From: an uncultured bacterium
Lineage (GTDB): Bacteria > Actinomycetota > Acidimicrobiia > Spongiisociales > UBA5794
DNA length: 64,000 nucleotides
Assembly (NCBI GenBank): GCA_963801165.1
Contig: CAWDDT010000005.1
Span: forward strand, 32,001-96,000
Direction: 5' to 3'
The notes under the pieces are model-generated. The model did no database searches and was not told the DNA's origin. It was given only the letters and a program-made list of their open reading frames with translations. Position numbers and translations under genes: made by a program. Positions 18,881 through 28,423 of this stretch are shown piece by piece (the stretch's first letter is position 1; each line of letters opens with the position of its first letter).

Positions 18881-19306
18881 GTGCGCGACAACACCGCTAA
18901 GCAACTCTCGACGTTGCACCGTGTCCTGTACCGGGTGACGCGAGGGAGAATCGGCCGCCGTCTGGTCGACAACGACATGTTGTTGCTCACTACCACCGGT
19001 CGACGCACGGCCAAGAAGCACACGGTCCCGCTGCTCTATCTCCGCGATGGCGACGACCTGGTCGTGATCGCATCCTGGGGCGGCCGGGACCACCATCCCG
19101 AGTGGTATCTGAACCTCCTCGCCAACCCCGCCGCGGCGGTGCAGATCAACGGCGATCGCATTGCCGTTACTGCGGCAACCGCTGATGCCGCCCGAAGGGC
19201 GCGGCTGTGGCCACGGGTGCTGGCGGCGTACGACGGTTATCGCGTGTACGAATCCCGCACCGATCGGGAGATCCCGGTCGTCATCTTGAGCCGGCCCGAT
19301 AGCTGA
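18881..19306 (+). CDS. Deazaflavin (F420)-dependent nitroreductase family (Ddn-like)
   Basis: Motifs LLLTTTGRRT, IASWGG, HPEWYLNL.ANP, YESRTDREIPVV; TACCCT 6 nt before GTG 18881. Confidence 0.9.
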   Translation: MRDNTAKQLSTLHRVLYRVTRGRIGRRLVDNDMLLLTTTGRRTAKKHTVPLLYLRDGDDLVVIASWGGRDHHPEWYLNLLANPAAAVQINGDRIAVTAATADAARRARLWPRVLAAYDGYRVYESRTDREIPVVILSRPDS

Positions 19307-19309
19307 GGC

Positions 19310-19999
19310 TCAACCAAGGGCAGCGTCCACAGCCGCCAGCGCATGAAGGCGAGTGGTCGGGAAGTACGGCACGCTCACGTCGGCCGGCGTCACCAGCAAC
19401 TCGATCTCCGTGCAGCCGGCGATCACTCCCGTCGCCCCCCGGGCAACAAGCCGGTCGATGATCTCCAGGTAGCGTCGCCGGGACTCGTCACGGATGAACC
19501 CTTGTACCAGCTCGTCGTATATGACGTCGTTGACCACGATACGGTCGGCCTCGCCGGGCACCAGCACCTGGAGATGATGTGACTCGAGCCTGCCTCGGTA
19601 GAAGTCCATCTCCATGGTGAACCGGGTACCGAGCAATGCAACAGTCTCCACACCAGCGGCTATGACGGCCTGCGCCGTGGCATCGGCGAGATGGAGAAAC
19701 GGGACGTCAACGGCGGCTTCGATGGCAGGTGCGACCAAGTGCATCGTGTTGGTGCACAACACGATCAGCTCCGCTCCGGCGTGTTGGAGTTGACGGGCGT
19801 CGGCCGCAAGCAGCCTACCGGCAGCCTCCCAGCCACCGGCTTCTTGCAGTTCCTCGATTGCGGCGAAGTCGTAGGAGCGGACAATGAGATCGGCCGAATG
19901 CACGCCGCCGAGCCGGCGCCGCACCTCGGTGTTGATGATGCGCTCGTACTCGATCGACGACTCCCAGCTCATCCCACCGAGCAGACCGATTGTCTTCAT
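19310..19999 (-). CDS. Aspartate/glutamate racemase family (YgeA/RacX-like)
   Basis: Motifs MKTIGLLGGMSWESS, CTNTMH, GCTEI. Confidence 0.92.
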   Translation of the reverse strand: MKTIGLLGGMSWESSIEYERIINTEVRRRLGGVHSADLIVRSYDFAAIEELQEAGGWEAAGRLLAADARQLQHAGAELIVLCTNTMHLVAPAIEAAVDVPFLHLADATAQAVIAAGVETVALLGTRFTMEMDFYRGRLESHHLQVLVPGEADRIVVNDVIYDELVQGFIRDESRRRYLEIIDRLVARGATGVIAGCTEIELLVTPADVSVPYFPTTRLHALAAVDAALG

Positions 20000-20037
20000 G
20001 GCGTGCTCACCTCCGACAACCGGAGGCTATACGCCGA

Positions 20038-20643
20038 TCACGATTGCGTGCACTCGGTTTCTGCGAGGAACACGAGATCGAACACGTCACGAGCGGACGG
20101 CCCGTAGTCGCGAAGATAGAACGACTTGGTTGCGCAGAACACCTCCTCGAGGCGTTCGATCCTATCCGGCTCGCGCGGTGTGCGCTCGTACTCGATGCTC
20201 AGCGCTTGATCGAGCGCCCCCAGGACGACTAGAAGCCAATCGCCATACACTTCCTCAGTACTGGCATCACCCTTGGGGTCTCGTTCTCTCAGGTAGAGCG
20301 ACGCGCTGTTATAGAGACTGGACCAGAATCTCTCGACTGTGCCATCGGCGTACGCTTGAGCGACCAGGTACACGGCGTAGCGTGCATCCTGGCGGCGCTG
20401 GTCCCACGCCTTCACCAGCTTGTCTCGGTCCTTCTCCCGCAAGCCTTCGTCGACCAACTGCTGCGCCGCTTGGTCCGTCTCCGTTGCCGTGGCCACGTGC
20501 CCGGCCGCCGCTTCGGCGGGGTTCTCGCTGGTCCGCAGATCCTGGTCGGCGAAGATCTCCCCCAGCTCCTGGGGAGTGCAAGCCGCCACAACCAACGACA
20601 AGAGAAGCACAACAACTACCAGGCCACGTCTCCGCACCATCAC
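20038..20643 (-). CDS. Hypothetical lipoprotein
   Basis: Signal peptide with lipobox VAAC; overlaps the upstream gene stop. Confidence 0.65.
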   Translation of the reverse strand: MMVRRRGLVVVVLLLSLVVAACTPQELGEIFADQDLRTSENPAEAAAGHVATATETDQAAQQLVDEGLREKDRDKLVKAWDQRRQDARYAVYLVAQAYADGTVERFWSSLYNSASLYLRERDPKGDASTEEVYGDWLLVVLGALDQALSIEYERTPREPDRIERLEEVFCATKSFYLRDYGPSARDVFDLVFLAETECTQS

Positions 20644-21425
20644 GACCCCCGGTCCACTTGCACGAGGAGCGCATCGCCGAGATCGGCGCCCGTCTGGTAT
20701 GCCTCCCTGAGGGCGTCGATCGACACCGCAAACGTCAAGGCAAACGGCCCCTCCTCATCCACTCCCCGATACACCATCACCAGCTCGGTGATCGATGCCG
20801 TCTCGATCTCGGGCAAGGCCAGGAGCGCACCGGTGATGTCGGCTCCCGCCTCCGGCGTGAGCAAGCCACCAATCGCGTCTTCGTCGCCCAACTCCATCAC
20901 GAGCAGCGAGGCATCGATCCCGGTGATCGGGAGTACCGATAGCGTGATCCCGGTGAGGTCGACCCCGGCTTCGCCAAGACCAAGGCTGATCGCAGCTGCG
21001 GCATAGACATCGGGGCTACCCCCGAGGTAGACGTCGGGACCCTCGGTCGGCGCTTGAGGGACTTCGTCAGCTTCAAGGGCCGCCCGGAAGACTGCTTCCG
21101 GCGTGTCCGTTTCATCAGGCGACGACCCCACCTCGCCGGCGTCGGGTTCGGTGCCGTTGTCTTCCTGACTGTCGACCGCCGGCTCTGGAGACAGCGTGAC
21201 ATCCTCCGTCGGCTCGGAAGTGTCCGCGACGTCTCCTGTATCTGAGCCGGCAGGGTCACCAGGGGCGGATGCCACGACCGGCTGGGTAGTTGGAGCGGCC
21301 GATGACGTCGTCGATGCCTCACCAACGGCGCCCTCCCCCGTCCCACACCCGGCAGTGAGCACGGCGAACATCGCGATCAAACCGAGGATTCTCGATACCT
21401 GACGGCTCGTCGATTGACACATCAT
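20640..21425 (-). CDS. Hypothetical lipoprotein with acidic Pro/Thr-rich linker
   Basis: Lipobox TAGC, low-complexity linker and globular C-terminus. Confidence 0.65.
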   Translation of the reverse strand: MMCQSTSRQVSRILGLIAMFAVLTAGCGTGEGAVGEASTTSSAAPTTQPVVASAPGDPAGSDTGDVADTSEPTEDVTLSPEPAVDSQEDNGTEPDAGEVGSSPDETDTPEAVFRAALEADEVPQAPTEGPDVYLGGSPDVYAAAAISLGLGEAGVDLTGITLSVLPITGIDASLLVMELGDEDAIGGLLTPEAGADITGALLALPEIETASITELVMVYRGVDEEGPFALTFAVSIDALREAYQTGADLGDALLVQVDRGS

Positions 21426-21530
21426 CGCGTCCCACCGATGGTTGGCACCTCGAGAACATCGTCACGATGATGGGATCACTGTAGAGAAGGGCGAACGCCG
21501 AAGATCGTATCCACCAGCTATGTTCTGGGA

Positions 21531-22175
21531 ATGCCCATGCAGATCGCCATCCCGGTCTTCGACAAGATAACCGCCCTCGACGCCATCGGGCCTTATGAGG
21601 TGCTGCAGCGTCTCCCCGGCAGCAAGGTCGTGTTCGTCGGTCACGAGGCCCGCGTCGTCCGCACCGACAATGGGTTTCTGGGCATCGCCGCAGACGCCGT
21701 CTTCGAAGACGTCCCCAACCCCGACGTGATTGTCTTCCCCGGCGGCATCGGCACCAGACCGATGATGAAGGACGAGCGGGTGCTCAACTGGTTGCGCAAG
21801 GCACATGAGACAACCCTGTTCACCACGTCGGTTTGCACCGGCTCACTCATCCTCGGCGCCGCCGGCCTTCTCGAAGGCCTGGAGGCAGCCACCCACTGGG
21901 GTGCATACGACATCCTGGAGAGCACCGGCGCCCTCCCGGTTGCCTCCCGGGTTGTAGAACACCTGGATGAACGTATCATCACCGCTGCCGGCGTGTCCTC
22001 GGGAATCGATATGGCGATGCGGCTGGCGGAGTTGCTCGTCGATGATGTCGCAGCCAAGGCAATGCAGCTCATGATCGAGTACGACCCGCAGCCGCCCTTC
22101 GACGCCGGCAGCGTGGCCAAAGCCGGCGCCGACGTCATCGCACGAGCCAAGCTGTACGCACAAGACCGCGACTGA
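21531..22175 (+). CDS. DJ-1/PfpI family protein (isonitrile hydratase-like)
   Basis: Motifs TALDAIGPYEVL, SVCTG, TAAGVSSGID, IEYDPQPPFDAG. Confidence 0.9.
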   Translation: MPMQIAIPVFDKITALDAIGPYEVLQRLPGSKVVFVGHEARVVRTDNGFLGIAADAVFEDVPNPDVIVFPGGIGTRPMMKDERVLNWLRKAHETTLFTTSVCTGSLILGAAGLLEGLEAATHWGAYDILESTGALPVASRVVEHLDERIITAAGVSSGIDMAMRLAELLVDDVAAKAMQLMIEYDPQPPFDAGSVAKAGADVIARAKLYAQDRD

Positions 22176-22210
22176 GCCGCATATGTAGCGCTCAGCGGTA
22201 ATGTCCGTGG

Positions 22211-23047
22211 ATGGCGGTTGTTACCAGGGGACGTCGATTAGCCCGCCGGCTGGTTCCTTTCCGGGTGCGCCGTGAGCTCGTTTGCCTGCGCCGCCTCCCC
22301 CGTTGGGTCGTTGAGCGCAACACGATCGCCTCCCACCACGCGACGCCCGGGGAGAGTGGTCGATACATCTGGCTGCTCGCGGGACACTCCTCACCGCTCA
22401 ACCGTATGCCGGGGTCGATCCCGGCTGATCTCCAGTTGGGCAAAGAAGCCAACATCGCAGTGGCTTCGTCTGCGCTCGACGGTCTGGTGGTGGTACCCAA
22501 TGAGACCTTCTCGTACCACCATGTTGTCGGCCGAACGACAAAGCGCCGTGGCTTCCGCAAAGGCATGGAATTGCAAAACGGGGACACGGCCGGAAGCTGG
22601 GGCGGAGGGCTGTGCCAGGTGTCGAACAGCTTCTACTGGGTGGCGGTGCGGGCTGGAATGCGGATTGTGGAGCGGCACCGGCACGGGCTCGATCTGTTCC
22701 CCGACCACGAGCGAACGGTTCCCTTCGGCTGCGGCGCAACCGTGGTGTACAACTACGCCGACTTCCGATTCGAGAACCCGTTGCCCCAACCGGTGATGCT
22801 GCGGGCGCGCGTCGAGGGCGGTGCCTTTGTCAGCGAGCTGTGGACTACCGGCGACCCCGGCTTCCGATTCGAAGTCGAGGAGGTGGACCACCGCTTCTAC
22901 CGAGACGACGAGGGATGGATGCGGGAGAACCGCCTTCGCCGCCGGGTCCGACGCCCCTCCGGTGAGTTGGTGAGCGACGTCGAGATAGCCCACAACACCG
23001 GCCGCGTGAGATACGAGCCGCCCACAAGCGAGGAGATGCAGCCATGA
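22211..23047 (+). CDS. VanW family protein
   Basis: Motifs PNETFSY, GGGLCQVSN, ERHRH, ATV.YNY.DFRF.N. Confidence 0.85.
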   Translation: MAVVTRGRRLARRLVPFRVRRELVCLRRLPRWVVERNTIASHHATPGESGRYIWLLAGHSSPLNRMPGSIPADLQLGKEANIAVASSALDGLVVVPNETFSYHHVVGRTTKRRGFRKGMELQNGDTAGSWGGGLCQVSNSFYWVAVRAGMRIVERHRHGLDLFPDHERTVPFGCGATVVYNYADFRFENPLPQPVMLRARVEGGAFVSELWTTGDPGFRFEVEEVDHRFYRDDEGWMRENRLRRRVRRPSGELVSDVEIAHNTGRVRYEPPTSEEMQP

Positions 23048-23988
23048 TCAGGGGCCTCGCCAAGGGTGCACTGTTCGCCGGATTTGGTGTCACCAGGTCG
23101 ACCGCACGGATGTATCGCACCGTCACCAGGGAGTGGATGGGAAGCCAGGCGACCCACGTCGACAAGCTGCGGCGGGTGTGGCCGGGTTACGTGGCGGTGT
23201 GGCGCGATCTCGGCATCGAACTCGAAGGCGCCACGGTTTGGGTCCATGAGGGGGGCTGGACGCCGTTCCCGTTCTTCGCCAACTATCTGGTGACCGGGTC
23301 GGCGGGCGTCGTCACCAACCACGAAGGTCGCATGCTCGATCGGTACCTGGCACGCGCCATCAACGGTGCGCTGACCTGTGCCCTGCCGGAGGACCTGCCC
23401 CTCGACGAGCGACGTCTCGAACTCGAGCCGCTGCGGTGGGCGGAGAGCGCTGCCCATGCCGTGGCACATCTCGGCGGAACGCTCCACGAGGGGGTCCGCG
23501 GCGACGCCATCCCGCTCGACGATAACTCAGCGGATCTCTGCCACTCGGGGGGAACGCTCGAGCATTACCACCCGACGGAATTGAAGAGCTTCCTCGGTGA
23601 GGCGATGAGAGTGCTGCGACCAGGTGGCACGATGTCGCACGTATTCGACCACCGCGACCATCTCCATCACGCCGATGCGCAGTGGCCTTATCTCCGGCAC
23701 TACGGCATGTCGGACATGACATACCGCATCTTCTGCGACAACCCGCTGCTCTACCACAACCGGCTGCTCCCCGGCGAAGTGGCCCGGCTCTTCGAGGATG
23801 CCGGCTTCGAGCTTGTGGTCATCCGGCGGATGATGCTGCCGTCGCGGCGGTACGTCGCAGACGGAGCGGACATGAGCGAAGGTGAGCCGGGCATCGTACC
23901 GGCGCGGCTGGCCGATCGTTTCCGCTACGCATCAGACGACGATCTGCGCACCGCCGCCGCCCACTACCTCTATCGCAAGCCCGGCTGA
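23044..23988 (+). CDS. Class I SAM-dependent methyltransferase-like protein
   Basis: Motifs IPLDDNSADL..S..TLEH, RVLRPGG, DHRDH, NRL; ATGA overlap with vanW. Confidence 0.7.
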   Translation: MIRGLAKGALFAGFGVTRSTARMYRTVTREWMGSQATHVDKLRRVWPGYVAVWRDLGIELEGATVWVHEGGWTPFPFFANYLVTGSAGVVTNHEGRMLDRYLARAINGALTCALPEDLPLDERRLELEPLRWAESAAHAVAHLGGTLHEGVRGDAIPLDDNSADLCHSGGTLEHYHPTELKSFLGEAMRVLRPGGTMSHVFDHRDHLHHADAQWPYLRHYGMSDMTYRIFCDNPLLYHNRLLPGEVARLFEDAGFELVVIRRMMLPSRRYVADGADMSEGEPGIVPARLADRFRYASDDDLRTAAAHYLYRKPG

Positions 23989-24058
23989 GCCCATCGGGAA
24001 TGTCTGGCGCCCAACGGTGTTCAGTAGGTTTGAAGCCGTCGCAACAAGGGAGAGCACG

Positions 24059-24553
24059 ATGAATTCGGCCAGTGCAGGTTTGCTCGTTCTCCGTCTTGCG
24101 CTCGGGTCGGTGTTTCTAGCGCATGGCGTCAAGCACTACCGGAACAAGAACGGGACCATGCGATGGATCGAGAGCATGGGCTTCTCGAACCCCACGCTTC
24201 AGTGGTTCTTCATGTCCTTTGCGGAAATCGGCGTCGGACTTTCGCTGATCTTCGGGCTGCTCACCTCGATCGGTGTCGCCGGCCTGGTCAGTCTCATGGT
24301 CGTCGCGTTCTGGACCGTTCACCGCCACGCCGGCTTCTGGGTGACCGCCCGCCCGGACGAGGGGTGGGAGTACGTGTTCGTGCTCAGCGCCGCAGCCGTC
24401 GCCCTGGCACTATTCGGCGCGGGCAGGTGGTCGCTCGATCACGCGCTCGGGATCGCCGAATCTCTCGATGCCTGGGTCGGGCTTGGTCTCGCCGCCGCCG
24501 GTGTTGTCGCCGCCGCGGGGCAGCTTGCGATCTTCTACCGGCGCGCCGAATAG
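24059..24553 (+). CDS. DoxX family membrane protein
   Basis: Motifs LLVLRLALG..FLAHG, GWEY, GAGRWSLD. Confidence 0.88.
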   Translation: MNSASAGLLVLRLALGSVFLAHGVKHYRNKNGTMRWIESMGFSNPTLQWFFMSFAEIGVGLSLIFGLLTSIGVAGLVSLMVVAFWTVHRHAGFWVTARPDEGWEYVFVLSAAAVALALFGAGRWSLDHALGIAESLDAWVGLGLAAAGVVAAAGQLAIFYRRAE

Positions 24554-24565
24554 CGGAGGCCTCCC

Positions 24566-25306
24566 TTACGAAGGGGGGTCGGCAACCGGCAACGTGCTAA
24601 CTGCCTGATAGAGCCCGGTTTGGCGCAGCCTGTCGACGTCGCCGAGGGCTCCCTCCAGCTCCGGGTCGTACGGGACCGCCCCCAGGTAGGTAACCCCGTA
24701 CCGGGTCGCCAGATCGGCGACGTTGTGGTCGGCACCCCGTTGCATATTCTCGAGCAGACCGATCATCGGCACCTTCAGCTCGGCAAAGAGCTGGAGCGCA
24801 CGACGCACGGACTCGATCACGACACGAGACCCATTGCCGACCAGGAGGAACTCGAGCCTGGGCAACAGCTGAATGACGTCGAGAGTCGTGTCGCTAAGCC
24901 CGGGAGGCATGTCGAGTACCAGGACATCGAGCTCGCCCCATCTGGTTATCGCCAGCAACTCGAGTAGGGCGCTGGTCGCCGCTTCGCCGCGTAGGGGCAC
25001 CGAGGCGTCTCCGGAGAAGAAGGCCACGGACATCATGTCGATGCCGTAAACCCGATGCGGGTCGATACCGAACTCCTCTTTGGGAAATCGGCGCTCGACA
25101 CCGAGAACCACATGATCGCTCGGCGAGGTGAAATCCAGGTCGAACAAGCCGACCCGGGACCCCGAATCGGCCAGCGCCAGGGCCAGCGTGGTAGCTACGA
25201 CGCTCTTGCCGATCCCGCCCTTGCTTCCCGTGACGCCAACGATTCGAGACACACCCGCCAACCGCTCGGCGACCACGACCGTGCGCGGGTCGAGGTCAAG
25301 ACCCAT
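24566..25306 (-). CDS. Mrp/MinD-family P-loop ATPase, probable ATPase-type HypB
   Basis: Deviant Walker A GSKGGIGKS, WGELDVLVLDMPPG, and ENM without the following CxxC; overlaps hypA. Confidence 0.8.
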   Translation of the reverse strand: MGLDLDPRTVVVAERLAGVSRIVGVTGSKGGIGKSVVATTLALALADSGSRVGLFDLDFTSPSDHVVLGVERRFPKEEFGIDPHRVYGIDMMSVAFFSGDASVPLRGEAATSALLELLAITRWGELDVLVLDMPPGLSDTTLDVIQLLPRLEFLLVGNGSRVVIESVRRALQLFAELKVPMIGLLENMQRGADHNVADLATRYGVTYLGAVPYDPELEGALGDVDRLRQTGLYQAVSTLPVADPPS

Positions 25307-25721
25307 CGTCTCCGCTTCCCTCGAGCCTTTGCAACGTGATCCCTCTGCCCTGCGTAATGTCGAAGTCGGGGCTGCCGCATTGGGGGCAGCGCGCAAACGC
25401 ATGCGACAGCTCCGGGATGAAATGGATCGCTTCACCCTCGTCACCTTCGCCATCTATCGCTACGTCGTCACGACCGTAGTCGTGCCCGCAGGAACGGCAG
25501 CGGAAGCGAACCCGCTCCTCGGTCACCACAAACTCTGCGTCGGTGAGCCGCGGGTCTTGCAGCGGCATCACGTTTGTCAGCGAGAACTCGAACAGCTCTC
25601 GTTCGATCTGTTGCAGCTCTCCGACCTTGACGATGATCCGGTCGATGTGGGTCATCCCGGCGTCGTCGGCGGCCTGCAGGGCGGCCTTCACCACCGAATC
25701 GGCAAGCGCTAGCTCGTGCAT
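25296..25721 (-). CDS. hypA: Hydrogenase nickel-incorporation protein HypA (long, Thermococcus-type)
   Basis: MHE N-terminus, GELQ, CRSC...IHFIPE...CPQC, GRG. Confidence 0.9.
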   Translation of the reverse strand: MHELALADSVVKAALQAADDAGMTHIDRIIVKVGELQQIERELFEFSLTNVMPLQDPRLTDAEFVVTEERVRFRCRSCGHDYGRDDVAIDGEGDEGEAIHFIPELSHAFARCPQCGSPDFDITQGRGITLQRLEGSGDDGS

Positions 25722-25855
25722 CTATCGTCCTCCGTGGGCCCGCATGCTAGAGCCAAGATCAGAGGCAATCGGAAGCGGGCGCCGCCGAGCTAGACCGTCC
25801 AGCCGTTCCAGCCACAACAGTTTCGGCGTAAGCTCCTAGCAGAGGGGGGCAACCG

Positions 25856-26707
25856 ATGGCCAAACCCGAGAAGACAGGCACGAGCACGACCACCCACGTC
25901 CGCGTTTCGGGCGTAGCCAGCCTCGCGGTCCACAGCCTTCTCACCGGGGCGGGAACCGAGGGGACTGTGGTACGCACCTCGGGGGAGGCGGTTTGGTTGC
26001 GCATTGGCGATCAGGTGCTGGTGGTTGCCATCGGCGACGAGGCGCGGCTGCCCAACGGGATCCATCTCCCGGGCAACACGGCACCCGACGTCTTGAGCCA
26101 GGCCACCGAAGACGCAACAGCGCTGATAGGTCGCGGGCGTCTCGTTATCAACGGGCTTTCGGTCACGGTCAACAGATGGTGGGATCCCCGTCCTGTCCTT
26201 CCCCGGTGCGACATGACCGATCTGGCGGCCAGGAGCGATGATCTGCCCTGGGAACTGCCCGACATCGACACGAGGAGACTCCGTGAGTCGCTGGCCCTCC
26301 GATCCGCCGGAGGCATCCTGCACACGTCGCGCACGCTACTCGGCAAGGGCCTGGGGGAAACTCCGGAAGGAGATGATCTCCTTATCGGCGCCATGGCATC
26401 CACACGACTCCTCGCCGAGGCAGCCGGCCAGGAACGCATTGTGGCGCTCGTTGCCGGCCTGTCCATGCCGTTGGTCAAGCTTGCTGAGGCGCGGACAAAC
26501 ATGTTGTCGACCGCGCTGATCCGGCTCGCTCTGCGCGGCCAGATCGCAGAACCCGCCGGCGACCTGATCCGTGCGTTGGCCGGAAAGGGCGACGTGGCCT
26601 CGAGTCATCTACACCTGATCAGACTCGGGCGAACCTCGGGACCGGCACTGGCGGCTGGCGTCGTGCTCGGCGCTCAGGCGCTTGTCACCCACGCACAGAA
26701 GCGCTGA
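25856..26707 (+). CDS. DUF2877 family protein
   Basis: LLGKGLGETPEGDDLLIG (variant of GxGLTPSGDD) and C-terminal GRTSG. Confidence 0.75.
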   Translation: MAKPEKTGTSTTTHVRVSGVASLAVHSLLTGAGTEGTVVRTSGEAVWLRIGDQVLVVAIGDEARLPNGIHLPGNTAPDVLSQATEDATALIGRGRLVINGLSVTVNRWWDPRPVLPRCDMTDLAARSDDLPWELPDIDTRRLRESLALRSAGGILHTSRTLLGKGLGETPEGDDLLIGAMASTRLLAEAAGQERIVALVAGLSMPLVKLAEARTNMLSTALIRLALRGQIAEPAGDLIRALAGKGDVASSHLHLIRLGRTSGPALAAGVVLGAQALVTHAQKR

Positions 26708-26811
26708 CCGACCGGGCACATTTCCCGGAATTCGACAGGCTGCCGCCGCCCGACTGGGTCCCCTGGCCCAGCGAGTAACTTGGCCCCCTGCGAGCTCGAG
26801 AAGGCGGAAGC

Positions 26812-27555
26812 GTGAAGTTGAGATTGTCGATCGGCCTGGCACTCGTTGTGCTCGTCACCGCCTGCAGCTCGGGAACGACCGTGAACCCTGAGGAGCCCGC
26901 GACCATCGGCGATCTCGATGCCGCTGTGCAGACAGCGTCTCGAGCACTTCTCGCCAGGGATGCGATACCGATAGTCGCGGCCTATTTCGGCGTCGACGAC
27001 ACCGAGAAGATCATCAGATACGACTGGGTCGACTACCGCACGGCCGGCGATGTTCTCGCCGTCTTCAACTTCCTCGATCGCAGCCATATCGAAGGTATTT
27101 CCCACTCCGGCGGCCGCTGGATGACCGCGCTCATCTCCGCCGAAGAAACCCACCCGTGGCAAGCCGATTCGCTTGGCACACCGGCGGAGGCGATCCCGGC
27201 GATCAGCCGGCTCGAAGCGATGACGACACAGCAGACGGCCGATCAATCGGGGGCGGTCGCAACCAGACAGACCGCGTCCGATGGAAGCACCCGATGGGCG
27301 TTAACCACACCCCGGGACGATGGGACGGGCTCGCTCACACAAGAATGGATCGTCAATCCGAACGGGCTCGTGCAGTTCTACCGGGTCTCCAGCGACGCCG
27401 GCCTCGGCGACGGGGCGGGAGCGATCGTCTTCGAGTATGGGGTCGCCGACGCCGAGCCAGATCCCATAATCGTGCCGGTGGAAGGTACCCCGCTCGTTCT
27501 CGACGAGCTGGGCATCCCCCAGGCGCTGCGGGATGTCGAAACTCTCGAGGAATGA
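26812..27555 (+). CDS. Hypothetical lipoprotein
   Basis: Signal peptide with lipobox VTAC; GC-typical codon usage. Confidence 0.65.
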   Translation: MKLRLSIGLALVVLVTACSSGTTVNPEEPATIGDLDAAVQTASRALLARDAIPIVAAYFGVDDTEKIIRYDWVDYRTAGDVLAVFNFLDRSHIEGISHSGGRWMTALISAEETHPWQADSLGTPAEAIPAISRLEAMTTQQTADQSGAVATRQTASDGSTRWALTTPRDDGTGSLTQEWIVNPNGLVQFYRVSSDAGLGDGAGAIVFEYGVADAEPDPIIVPVEGTPLVLDELGIPQALRDVETLEE

Positions 27556-28415
27556 GAGTTCCCGACAGTATCGCCGGTCTTCGCAACACCGCTTCGGGAC
27601 GAGATTGGCTGGATCGGCTGCCCGCCGTCCTGGCCGCGTGCCGGGAACGGTGGCGGCTCACCCTCGAGGGCCCCTACCCCGACTCGCATGTCGCCCTGGT
27701 CGTTCCGGCGACTACGGACCGAGGAGACCGGGTCGTCCTGAAACTCCAGTTCCCCCACCGCGAAAGCGAAACCGAAGCAGCCGCGCTCCGGGCCTGGGCA
27801 GGCGAAGGAGCCATCCGGCTCGTCGACCACGATTCCGCCGGCAGAGCCCTTCTGTTGGAGCGCTGCGAGCCGGGCGACCACCTGGCGACGGAGGACGCGG
27901 CGACGGCGCTCGGGGTGATAGTCGGGCTTCTCCCCCGGTTGTGGGTCTCCGCCGGAGCAGGTTTTGGCTCGCTGGCCGACGAGGCGGCTCGCTGGTGCCA
28001 CAACCTCCCTGAAGAGTGGGAGACGGCGGGAAGGCCTTTCGAACGACGCCTGCTGGACGCGGCCATCGAGACACTCACCGAGCTGGCGGCATCGCAGGGA
28101 GAGCAGGTCCTCCTCCACCAGGACCTCCACGGCGACAACATCCTGGCGGCACAAAGGGAACCATGGCTGGTCATCGACCCCAAGCCGCTGGTCGGCGAGC
28201 GCGAGTTCGGGTTGAGCCCGGTTATCCGCTCCTACGAGTTCGGCCACAGCCGTGACCAGGTCATTTGCCGACTCGATCGACTGACCGATGAGCTGGGTCT
28301 AGATAGGGAGCGCAGCCGTCTCTGGGCCTTCGGCCACGCCATCGCCTGGGGCTTCGAGAACGGCACAGTCCTGCCCCGCCACATCGAGACCGCCCGCTGG
28401 CTCCTGGCGGCGTGA
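27552..28415 (+). CDS. Aminoglycoside/hydroxyurea phosphotransferase family (APH(6)-like kinase)
   Basis: Motifs VVLK, ALLLER, LLHQDLHGDNIL, WLVIDPKPLVGE. Confidence 0.85.
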   Translation: MRVPDSIAGLRNTASGRDWLDRLPAVLAACRERWRLTLEGPYPDSHVALVVPATTDRGDRVVLKLQFPHRESETEAAALRAWAGEGAIRLVDHDSAGRALLLERCEPGDHLATEDAATALGVIVGLLPRLWVSAGAGFGSLADEAARWCHNLPEEWETAGRPFERRLLDAAIETLTELAASQGEQVLLHQDLHGDNILAAQREPWLVIDPKPLVGEREFGLSPVIRSYEFGHSRDQVICRLDRLTDELGLDRERSRLWAFGHAIAWGFENGTVLPRHIETARWLLAA

Positions 28416-28423
28416 GCCGACTG

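Noticed and set aside
26735-26760. GCCGCCCGACTGGG resembling the ZTP riboswitch 3' element
   Set aside because: The 5' aptamer half is missing and the downstream gene is unrelated
27552-28415. Acquired streptomycin resistance gene
   Set aside because: APH(6)-like family motifs only, with no mobile context; such kinases are common chromosomal genes
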